64,000 nucleotides of DNA from Hamiltosporidium tvaerminnensis FI-OER-3-3 (taxonomy: Eukaryota; Fungi; Microsporidia), in NCBI GenBank assembly GCA_022605425.2, contig CM061249.1:1-64000 (forward strand), written 5' to 3'. Shown here one piece after another: positions 1 to 9,804 of the stretch (positions are counted from its first letter, which is position 1; each line of letters begins with the position of its first letter). Under the pieces are notes generated by a model. That model did not search any database. It was not told the origin of the DNA and was given only the letters and a program-made list of their open reading frames with translations. A program made the position numbers and the translations under genes.

Positions 1-496
1 ACCCTAACCCTAACCCTAACCCTAACCCTAACCCTAACCCTAACCCTAACCCTAACCCTAACCCTAACCTCTAACCCTAACCCTAACCCTAACCCTAACC
101 CTAACCCTAACCCTAACCCTAACCCTAACCCTAACCCTAACCCTAACCCTAACCCTAACCCTAACCCTAACCCTAACCCTAACCCTAACCCTAACCCTAA
201 CCCTAACCCTAACCCTAACCCTAACCCTAACCCTAACCCTAACCCTAACCCTAACCCTAACCCTAACCCTAACCCTAACCCTAACCCTAACCCTAACCCT
301 AACCCTAACCCTAACCCTAACCCTAACCCTAACCCTAACCCTAACCCTAACCCTAACCCTAACCCTAACCCTAACCCTAACCCTAACCCTAACCCTAACC
401 CTAACCCTAACCCTAACCCTAACCCTAACCCTAACCCTAACCCTAACCCTAACCCTAACCCTAACCCTAACCCTAACCTAACCCTAACCCTAACCC
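1..496 (-). repeat. Telomere, (CCCTAA)n / TTAGGG on the minus strand, about 82 units
   Basis: Near-perfect CCCTAA tandem array from base 1. Variants are CCTCTAA near 68-74 and CCTAA near 477-481. It ends abruptly at about 496. Confidence 0.99.
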
Positions 497-1689
497 CGAT
501 AATACTCTTTAGTTATGTTTAACAATAAAATTTTTCTTTATAATCATTTATTACAGCTATCCAAATTTTTTTGTTTAAAGCTCTAAATAATCTTATTGGC
601 TATTCTAAAATAATGAAGGATAAATAAAATAATATAGACGATCCTTGAAACCTATATTGATAAATCAAATATTCCAAAATAAAACTATTATTTCAATAGC
701 TTAAAAAACTGGTGTTGTTTGAGTTTCTTTCTATAAATTTTTATCGATTATTTTTTTATAGAGTTTTCAATATACAATATGAAGAAATTGTTTGAAAATC
801 AAGAAAAGACACATTGTTTTATATAAGTTAGAATCTTTTTTTAAATACATTATGATCATTAGACGATTTTATAATTAGGTTCAATCCGAAATCATGTATA
901 TTTTATGCAAGTTTTTTTACCGACTAAATCGTATTTTTTTTGAAAAATTTTCTATATAGTGTAGCTAGCAGAGTAAAATTCGAAAAATATTCAAAGCGAT
1001 GAAATATATTATTTGAAAATACTTTCCAACTCACGAATAATTTTAAAATATGTTAGTAAAATATTTTGCATGTACCTAAGCTATGTTCCTGTAATTTTAG
1101 CGTGATAATTTTTTTTCATATCTATGATTTTCAATAGTCGTTATATAATGAAAAAATTATGTAAAAATTTAAATTCAAGAAAAATATTCAATATGTAAAG
1201 AACATTGCAAATACCGCAGTTGGCTGTAAATAATGTACTATGCTTATAAGTTTACATTTTGTTTTTTTTCTTCTAAGCTCTACTCTCAAATAGCTCTAAA
1301 ATTTTTACTACAGTTGAATAAATATAAGCAAAATAGAGACCAGACACATAAAAGTGGAAAAGGAATATAAGAAGCAATTTATAAGCAGTATTTAATAAAA
1401 CATAAAAAATTACAAATCCAAATCAGATAATAGGCCTTAAAAGCTCTGAGAATATAAAGTTTTTCTAAATTTATGTAGCGAAAACTTAATTAAACAAGCA
1501 AAATACACCGGAATATTGCCTAAGATAATTACATTTGAAATTTATATGATTTAAAAATAATTAAAAAGAATCTAGCTTAAAGAATAGATTATGATTAATG
1601 AAGATTTGAAATAAAATATCCCAAATATTTAAAACGCTTTGTGGCAATACAACTATTTTTTCTAAAATTCTTTTTTTTCGAAAAAACAG

Positions 1690-2030
1690 AAGGTGCTTTA
1701 GATATATTTAATGTTCGAATGCGTACTTATATCTTGACCTTTTTTTACTGAAGAAAAACGCTGGTTTGTACTCAGTGGAAATAAAAGAATCCTTTGGGAG
1801 GTCTTTCTGCTTTAAATTTGTTATAAAATTTGAATTAGTAGCTTTTTAGCATAAAATGTCTTATGGATATAAAAGATTTCTAAAGTTGTTATATTCATTC
1901 TGCAAACAAGATAAGGATCGTCAAAAAGCGATTTTAAACAAATTATTTGATATGCTGAAGTTAACCCTGGCAAATCATTTTTGTTATCATATCTGCATTC
2001 AATAAGGCCTGGTGTAAGAAATACATTTAA
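1690..2030 (-). pseudogene. Probable decayed coding remnant, family unknown
   Basis: About 67 stop-free codons (VFLTPGLIECRYDNKNDLPGLTSAYQIICLKSLFDDPYLVCRM...) in very AT-rich DNA, followed by stops. Confidence 0.3.
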
Positions 2031-5000
2031 AAAGCCAAAGAAAACATATAAAAAAATAAATGTTACTATTCAGGTTTCTTTAAGACAAATTACATATTGA
2101 TTACGTTTTTAGAATAGAAAATATCCCCGAGCGTCTAAACGCTTGAATACAATATATTATTATAATTTGAAAGCAAAGTAAAAAGTACATAAAGTTTTTT
2201 ATATCTAAAAGTTCAAATTCAAAAAGTTTTTAGTACTCTGTCGGAAGTATTTTATTTGCAAATAAATATAATTCCGTAATGAAATATTTTTTATGGTACA
2301 AAATTATTCTTTTCTAAGCTTCATATGTATTAAATTTTCAAGTCTATAATTAAAGAAAGTTTTATTCTTCTACTTTTTAACAGAAATTCATAGTATTCTT
2401 ATATTTAAATTCTTCTCAGGATATCTCTATGTTCCAGTTGATTTTAGACTTATGATGCAAATCGTTCAGATGTATCGATCTTAATCTGGGTATGTTATGT
2501 CTAGAAGTTTTTTATTAAAATAGGGCCATATTTAATTTAAAAATTATTTCAAAATTTATTCAAAAAGCAAAAAAGCAAGTTTTGTGAATATTTTAAAGTT
2601 TAAAAGGCTTAATTGAATTACTTGGCCTACCTAAAGAACAGTATTATCATTTTAATCGTGGTAAATGTATTTGTTGTATATGATGTTGTCTATTGTAGCG
2701 TGACATATTCTAATCTTCTTATTCATATTATGATGAATTCGTAAATAATTTTATATATGATCTATATTTTACAAAAAAAATAGATCAACTCAAATATTTT
2801 TTTAAAAATTACAAAAGAAAGATTAAATCTTGCAATTAGAAGTTAGGGGCTCTAGTTTACCAATTTAAAGTATAACATTCAATAAAATATCAAAAACACA
2901 CTTTTATAAGTCATCGTGTAAATATTTTTTTTATATTCGTTTTTATTTTGTTACCTGCAAAACCTGAATTAGCCTATATATTCATGCTGACTCGTTTAAT
3001 TTTTCTTGCAAACCTTGATAGAATGTTGTCTAATAAAAAAAATTCATACTATAAGAGCAAAGAACAGTTAGAATTACAATTTCTGAAAAAATAGAAAAAA
3101 ATTACAATGAACATGAGTATTACAGTTATCGTTTAAATATTTATTCAAATAAAAAATTTTTTCGCAAGAAAAACTTCTACCTTGTTTCAAATAAATTGTC
3201 TCAATTAAATTGCAGTATGGTTTTTCGAATCTAGAACTGGTCTGTATCAGGAAATAAAATTTGCCTTTGAAGGAAAATATAATGTACATGCAAACACAGC
3301 GCTCAAATAGAATTGCGTGCAATATTTTTGAAAATCTTTAAAGGGAATTCAATACCATCTGCACCCTAACTCCTGATCGATCACATCAAATTACCCGCAT
3401 CCTGTAATATTCGTTACGAAAAATCTTTTTTTATCATGTTCATTTTAAATCTATAATCTTTATATATTTTCTAATATCTGTATTGGCTCTTTCTTTTCCG
3501 TAAGCTTTTCACATGTGTATATATAGTAAGAGCCGATTGCATTTGATATATTTTCTTTTCGATAAAAAAACAACTGCATTTGATAGAAAGAAAGTAAAAA
3601 AAATTTGCAAAAATAATTTGTTTCATTTATTGACTCTTTTTAAATTTATGTTTTCAAATATTTCATTCTTTTATTGTCTAAAACTTGTGTGTAATGAAGT
3701 AAAATAAACATACATCCATTCTGGTCGGAATTATGATCAGCAACAAAGCTTAAATGTTTTTCTTCCGATCTTCCTAACTCCATAAGATAAATAAGAATAT
3801 GGATATATTTTATGGATTAAGAATAGTACAGAATTGTTTTTTTTATTTTAAAATTTGTTAATCCTAAAAGTTGCTAAAATTCTTTTTAATGAAAAGAAAT
3901 GATTGGATTGTGATGAATTTCTTATATTCAGAATGTTTGGCTCTATAAATAAAGTCTCAAATATTTTTATCTATAGGCTTTTCAATTTTTGTTTTTTCTA
4001 TATTTTTCTAGGGGGGATTATTTTTTTAATTTTAAATAGAACAAAAGAATTTGGTTCTACTGATAAAACATATGGCGTGGCAAAAAACGATTTATTTAAG
4101 GTCAGTAAATAAAAGATCCATTCATATCGAAAATATAACAGCGGGGTAAATTTATACTGCTTTCATAATGAAGAGTGAAATTTCATGTTTTTAACTCCTG
4201 ATTCTAATTTATAAAATCAATATCTTTTTATTTGGGATTCTAAAACCAGCATTAAATTCACATTAAACAAACACTATTTAAATTACTCCTGTATTAAATT
4301 TTTTACGTAGGTTCTTTAACATGTAAATTTGTGCAAAATGATTTCCTTACACCTGCTTAAATCAATTAAAAGACGTAATTTATTTTTCCTTTCACAATTT
4401 CTTTATTTTAAATTATATTACAGATTTTCGAGACATCTTATATTTAATAGTGACTCTAAAAAGCATATTTTTTATATATTTTTTTCGAATAAAAATAGTA
4501 CGGAAATTTCTTAAATTAATATTAATCGATCTTGAAAATATAATCCAAGAATTAAAACTAAATAATAATTTTTCTGATTATAATAATAAATAAGATGTAT
4601 ATAAATGTCAAATTACTAATTTTACCATATATGTAATTTTTGGATGACTATAATACATTTTATTTTCATCTATATACATGGTTCTTAAATCAAAGGATCT
4701 TTTATATTAAATTTTTTATTTTTAACAAATACTTTTCAATCTTGAAGTAAATTTCAGAATATGGAAAGTAATAACGCCGAATTATATAAATTCGTAAAAA
4801 AAATAAAAGATTCGGCAAAAAAGGGGAATTATAAAAAGCGAAAAAAAAACTGTTTGCTTTTAATATACATGTTTCAAAACTGCTAAATTGGTCGAAATTC
4901 GATGAATTAGATTTTTTTACAAAGTAAAAGGTAATTTATAGAAAGCGTGAACAGTATAAATATAAAACTTATATATAAATTGAAGTTGACACACAAATTT

Positions 5001-5142
5001 TTGATTGAAGTAAAAAACATTTACTTTGGTATACTTAGAATTTCCTTTGAGCCAATTCAAAATAATTTTTAGAAAATTAAGCTAAAAAGCATTTATGCTA
5101 CATATAATTATAGATAATCTAGAAATATTATAAAAAAATAAT

Positions 5143-5304
5143 TTAAGAATTAGAATAATACTCACAACACGAGAACATTGGTGGTGAAAATTTAAAGCTC
5201 AATTTACTGGGATATTAAACGTAATTCCCAGATGTTAAAGTTCTGGAAGATAATTTTCTATCCACTCTTCTCTATCTCTACATTACCGAAGATGAGAAAA
5301 GGGG
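5143..5304 (-). ncRNA. Putative structured antisense RNA or cDNA module at the LINE 5' end
   Basis: Minus-strand hairpins at 5262-5304 (CTTTTCTC/GAGAAGAG plus ATCT/AGAT), 5207-5231 (CTGGGA/TCCCAG plus ATTA/TAAT) and 5163-5183. G-U pairs work only on the minus strand. Confidence 0.45.
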
Positions 5305-5318
5305 TATGAATTATATAG

Positions 5319-5368
5319 TTCTAGAAATTTCTAAAACGCTTAAATTGTAGTTTATAAAATTTCTAGAA
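5319..5368. promoter_or_regulatory. Perfect 12-bp inverted repeat with HSE-like TTCnnGAA units; candidate bidirectional promoter
   Basis: TTCTAGAAATTT (5319-5330) and AAATTTCTAGAA (5357-5368), flanked by outward-facing CCC motifs (GGGG at 5301-5304; CCC at 5402-5404). Confidence 0.45.
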
Positions 5369-5407
5369 ATTCGGTAATTATTTAAACGAAAATTTTTCTT
5401 TCCCATC

Positions 5408-6463
5408 ATGGCTATTTCAAACTTTTACAGCTCAAATAGAATTCTTAGAAAACGAGGAAGACCACGGCTAGTGGTTAAGATACGAGAGCCAAATGAAGAA
5501 ACTGTACCAACGAGACCAAAAGTACCCATAAAGATACCTACAATATGCTGTGTTTGTAAGAAGCCGATTTCTGCTCCACTTACTAAATTTGAAAAAGGAG
5601 AAAGAGCCCAATGGTATTGCGAGGAATGCAAAAACGCAATAATAAAAGAGGGTCCTAAACGTATAAATACGTATGGAGAACTGAATAAAAAGCAAAAAAA
5701 TGAGACAGTTGGACTTCAAAAGGCATTAAATCAACTAATAGAAACAAAAACGAAATCTATCTACGATGAATCTTATCGTCAATCTATGCTAAGAATTGAG
5801 AAGGAGATAAACAAGCTGAAAGTATTAAATAATATTGTGCACAAGAAAATCCCAATAGCCATGAACGTAAATGAAACTAAAGTGCATATTAAAGATCATA
5901 AACCGAAAACTGTAGACAAACCAAGACAACATCCTACAAACCATAGGCCGTTCTCTAAACTTTCACATGAACAAATATTACAAGTACTGGATGGGAAATC
6001 CCCATTCACACCGTCAAGATACATTTTTATTTACATTAACAATATTAAAGTCAATAAAATAAAATTCTACAAACTTGCGATAGAGTCTCTATCCGAAGGA
6101 ACAGGTCGATATATTATCAACATGGATTTCATAAACGATGAAACTGCTGAAATTATCTGCCGAGAAGACAAAAAAGAAATAATAAACGAAGCATTTATCA
6201 AACTTTCTAGTAATTCATTAAGTAGATCACCAGAAATTGACGATAATGGAACTTTACACATCTGCATGCTTTTTGAAAGAATGAGAAAGATAATCAACAG
6301 AAGTACAAACACAAATTTAAAACTAAGACAATTAGCAGTAAGTATTCTATATACAAAGAGATCTGAACTGCTCGACGTGTTAAAAAGTGTTAACATTGAG
6401 GCCAACGATGTTAATATGGAACCACGATCGGGATCTCTCAGTGATAACCATATAAATGGTTAG
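5408..6463 (+). CDS. LINE ORF1 protein (351 aa): AT-hook, C4 zinc finger, coiled coil, probable degenerate RRM
   Basis: Contains RKRGRPR, CxxC (CCVCKK) ... WYCEEC, a heptad-like LRIEKEINKLKVLN segment and a C-terminal YIFIYINNI...INMDFI...AEII beta/alpha pattern. It lies directly upstream of the RT ORF, and CCC precedes the ATG (tcccatcATG). Confidence 0.88.
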   Translation: MAISNFYSSNRILRKRGRPRLVVKIREPNEETVPTRPKVPIKIPTICCVCKKPISAPLTKFEKGERAQWYCEECKNAIIKEGPKRINTYGELNKKQKNETVGLQKALNQLIETKTKSIYDESYRQSMLRIEKEINKLKVLNNIVHKKIPIAMNVNETKVHIKDHKPKTVDKPRQHPTNHRPFSKLSHEQILQVLDGKSPFTPSRYIFIYINNIKVNKIKFYKLAIESLSEGTGRYIINMDFINDETAEIICREDKKEIINEAFIKLSSNSLSRSPEIDDNGTLHICMLFERMRKIINRSTNTNLKLRQLAVSILYTKRSELLDVLKSVNIEANDVNMEPRSGSLSDNHING

Positions 6464-9200
6464 AAAAACTGGATTTATAAACGTGGGCGGTTTATCAAAC
6501 TTGAAAATAGAAAAAATAAATGAAATTCTTATAAAACACAAACCCGATATACTATGCATTGCTGAGACATGGAGGAATAATATTTTTCCGCTACACAATG
6601 ATTATAGAATAGTGGCCGTTAAATCAGCCATAGAGGTTACGAACAGATACGCAAAAAAGGAGGGAATGATAATTATATCTAAAAAACATATAGAAGTAAG
6701 AAAACTTGAAAACATTACGACGGCAGGCCTCTGCATTAAACACGATCAGACAATACTGGTCTTTATTTATAGAGAACATTCAAGCTCTGAAGAAAAAATA
6801 TTAAACGAAGAACTTAGTTCATACACAGATGCAAATATTATCTGCATTGGCGATTATAACTTGGAACAAAGAGCAAATCTAGAACAAGACGTGCTGAATA
6901 ACCATGCTAAGTACGGCTTAGCAGAGGTAAACTTGCACACGAAAACTTTTATACATAACGAAAAAAGCTCTACCCCAGATAAAGTTTTCGCCAATTGCCC
7001 AGTCATTACGGATATAAAAACTATAGAAAACATAAATCATAAGCTAATAGTAGCACTTCTTCCAAAGGCACAGAAATGTGAGCCTCCTAAATACAAAATA
7101 AACTTGATTAAAAATTCTGATATAAGAAATATGATAACAAAGAAAATAGAACAATATACGGAAAGGTCTATAAATATCTTAAAATTTCTAAACGTTAACA
7201 ATAAATGCTTACTACTACATTCCATACTTATCAAGAGTATGCGAAGAATTGAACGTCGAGAAAGACTTCATGACCGTTCAAATCCTATTATTCAACATGT
7301 AAGAAAGCTGCGCGATAAAGCAAGGAAAACAAATGCGAAAGAATATGATGAACTTAGACGCGAGGTAAAAAAGCTTGCTAAACGATTTGATAACTCAAGC
7401 CTACCACGAACAAACTTAAGATACACAAGCTTACAAGCTTCTGAATTGGAAAAGGTTATCTTATTCAATGGCAAGACTGAACGAAAGCATACTAAAAATA
7501 TAAGAGAATTACTAGATAGTTTTATCTTAGACGGAAATATAAAAGAAACAGAGAAAACTATAAAAGAAATTAAAAATTTCTACGGAAAAACCAATATGAA
7601 ACACAATTACAACCAACAAGACATGATTACAAGCTTCACACTGGCAGAAGTTTCTGCTATGATTAAAAATCTGAAATCGGGAAAGTCGGGTGGGATTACA
7701 GGAATCAGAAATGAATTTCTTAAAATATGCCCAGAAAACTTTATAAATGAACTTACGAATCTATATAATGCAATATTAGATACACAACAAATCCCCGACT
7801 CTTGGAAAAGGCATAAAATCAAGCCCATTCCGAAGGATAAAGATAATTTCAGACCAATCGCCTTAATTGAACAAACGAGAAAGCTTTTTGAGAAGCTTTT
7901 ATTGACAAAGATAGACATAAAGTTGCATAGACAGCAAACAGGTTTCAGAGCAAAACATTCCACTATTAATCACGCACTTGCATTAGATACAATTCTAAGA
8001 CACGGAAACGGAAAATATATTTGTGTAACACTAGACATAAAGAAAGCGTATGACAGTGTCTTTAGAAAAAACTTGTATAAGAAACTTCTGAGACAACAAA
8101 ACTTTTCGATCAAAGATACCACATTGATTGCAAACTTGATAGAAAACAACAGCTATACTATATGTCAGAAAAATACTGGTAATATAAAATTTAAAACGGC
8201 TGCCTTGGGTCTACCTCAGGGAAGTATTATCTCTCCTATACTATTTAATATCTTTATAAACGACATTATTTCTTATATTCCGAAAAAATATAGATACCAC
8301 ATTTTCTTATACGCGGATGATATAGTCATCTACTCGACATGCATGGTGGCTCTAAATACCATAATTGACGGACTTTGCAAACATGCGGCACACAATAGAT
8401 ATTTATTTAATCCCAAAAAATGTTTCTATAATGCAACGAAAGATTTGAACATATTTATATATGGAAAGAAAATTGAAAAACAGAACCCGCTTAAATATCT
8501 TGGGTTTTATTTCAATAACCGCTGTGCCGATACAAACGAGACTTTAAAGACCATACGGAAAAAATCTATAAAGGCTGCGGTTATTACAAACAGAGCATTT
8601 AAAAGATCAGAATTTAATTCCTTTCATAACTTACCACAACTAAAGCTACGTGCATATAACATGTACGTTCGTCCACATATAGATTACCACGCTGTACTCT
8701 TAGGATGCAATACAACTTTTAACACTGCGGCAGACCGGATACAAAAAGGTGTTATTAAATTTATGTACAATATATACTACCGAACCCCTTCCAAGATTAT
8801 CTATGCGCTATTCCCGATAGAATCAATTCCCCAGAGAGTTGAAAGACTAAGATATAGTCTTGGCGAGAGAATACTACAAATGAAAAAGACGATAATAAGA
8901 TTTGCCTTTCTTAGACTATTCAGTAAGAACATCAGAAATATCAAGAATAATATTAAAACATTTAGAAAAAAATTTCCTAATATGGACGCCAAAGATAGAT
9001 TCAAGAAACTGAACAAAGAAAATCTTAGGGTTAATTTTACTATTTTCCAAGAAATTGAACTTTTAAAAAAGTATAATTTTCAAAATAGCAACAAAGCCAA
9101 TTTTGAAAGAATAACAAGAATCTTGAGTCCATTTAGAAAAGAACAAGAAATTTCAGAAATTTTAAACTTATTTCAAGTGGCAAATATTGCCCGCCCATAG
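6456..9200 (+). CDS. LINE ORF2: apurinic-like endonuclease plus reverse transcriptase (914 aa)
   Basis: APE motifs: GFINVGGL, PDILCIAETW, IGDYN, TPDKVF, NH. RT motifs: FRPIAL, QTGFR, LDIKKAYDSV, GLPQGSIISPILFNIFINDI, YADD, KYLG, VRPHIDY. No RNase H or C-terminal CCHC knuckle is seen. Confidence 0.97.
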   Translation: MVRKTGFINVGGLSNLKIEKINEILIKHKPDILCIAETWRNNIFPLHNDYRIVAVKSAIEVTNRYAKKEGMIIISKKHIEVRKLENITTAGLCIKHDQTILVFIYREHSSSEEKILNEELSSYTDANIICIGDYNLEQRANLEQDVLNNHAKYGLAEVNLHTKTFIHNEKSSTPDKVFANCPVITDIKTIENINHKLIVALLPKAQKCEPPKYKINLIKNSDIRNMITKKIEQYTERSINILKFLNVNNKCLLLHSILIKSMRRIERRERLHDRSNPIIQHVRKLRDKARKTNAKEYDELRREVKKLAKRFDNSSLPRTNLRYTSLQASELEKVILFNGKTERKHTKNIRELLDSFILDGNIKETEKTIKEIKNFYGKTNMKHNYNQQDMITSFTLAEVSAMIKNLKSGKSGGITGIRNEFLKICPENFINELTNLYNAILDTQQIPDSWKRHKIKPIPKDKDNFRPIALIEQTRKLFEKLLLTKIDIKLHRQQTGFRAKHSTINHALALDTILRHGNGKYICVTLDIKKAYDSVFRKNLYKKLLRQQNFSIKDTTLIANLIENNSYTICQKNTGNIKFKTAALGLPQGSIISPILFNIFINDIISYIPKKYRYHIFLYADDIVIYSTCMVALNTIIDGLCKHAAHNRYLFNPKKCFYNATKDLNIFIYGKKIEKQNPLKYLGFYFNNRCADTNETLKTIRKKSIKAAVITNRAFKRSEFNSFHNLPQLKLRAYNMYVRPHIDYHAVLLGCNTTFNTAADRIQKGVIKFMYNIYYRTPSKIIYALFPIESIPQRVERLRYSLGERILQMKKTIIRFAFLRLFSKNIRNIKNNIKTFRKKFPNMDAKDRFKKLNKENLRVNFTIFQEIELLKKYNFQNSNKANFERITRILSPFRKEQEISEILNLFQVANIARP

Positions 9201-9208
9201 TACTACCC

Positions 9209-9230
9209 CACAGCTTTTGGCCAAGTTGTG
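9209..9230 (+). promoter_or_regulatory. LINE 3' UTR stem-loop (putative RT recognition signal)
   Basis: CACAGCTT-ttggcc-AAGTTGTG forms an 8-bp stem with one G-U pair, 20 nt before the poly(A). Confidence 0.7.
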
Positions 9231-9598
9231 AGAAACGTTAAAGCAAACTTAAAAAAAAAAAAAATAATGAAATAAAATAATAGATATACTCATAATGAAA
9301 AATATTTTATAACGTAAAAACAAAAATAATAAAATAGAAAAGAAAAACCAAAGATATTTTAATTACTTAAACCAAAATGAGTATATCTTATACGTAATAA
9401 CCACTATTTTGAAACTGTGAGAAAAATTAAATATTTTTTATAACAAAAAAAAATATAATAATTTACTTTATTTGAAAACCATGTGAAAATTTTTTAAGCA
9501 ATCGACGGATTCGGAATCATTAGCAAAAAATTGATATTTTTTTATTTTGCTAGAATATGAACTTGCAAGAAACCTTCAAAAACATTAAGAAACGTTAC

Positions 9599-9721
9599 GG
9601 CAGGGAGCCCGAAAGGGACATTACTGCCATATTTTTATAATTTAAAAATCACCGGAGTTTTATGAAATATGTTGACTACCCCGGTCAACATATAATTGTA
9701 GTGAGGAGGGGGTGTTGCTCC
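9599..9721. other. GC-rich hairpin cluster of unknown origin
   Basis: A GGCAG/CTGCC stem encloses CCC-GAAA-GGG. A perfect 10-bp stem ATATGTTGAC/GTCAACATAT lies at 9667-9693. Confidence 0.5.
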
Positions 9722-9804
9722 ATTGAGTCTTTCTGGAATTTAAATACATTTTTTGTTTTAAAATTTTCAGTTTGTTAAATTATTTAAATAAAATCCATTT
9801 TCCC

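Larger units (their letters stand above)
5143..9264 (+). mobile_element. Full-length, apparently intact APE-type non-LTR retrotransposon (LINE)
   Basis: Two intact ORFs, a 50-nt 3' UTR, an A14 tail (9251-9264) and a flanking direct repeat AAAAAAATAAT at 5132-5142 and 9258-9268 (TSD overlapping the tail). GC is higher than in the flanks. The 5' boundary depends on the TSD call. Confidence 0.93.

Noticed and set aside
5425-9016. Antisense ORFs of 60-118 aa within the LINE
   Set aside because: Shadow frames of the real ORFs with no motifs.
9201-9226. U2 snRNA-like sequence (GCTTTTGGCCAAG)
   Set aside because: Only a short match with no GTAGTA branch-pairing region downstream; explained by the LINE 3' stem-loop.
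9667-9702. Helitron 3' terminus
   Set aside because: The hairpin is AT-rich and followed by GTAG rather than CTRR, and no Rep/helicase relic was seen.
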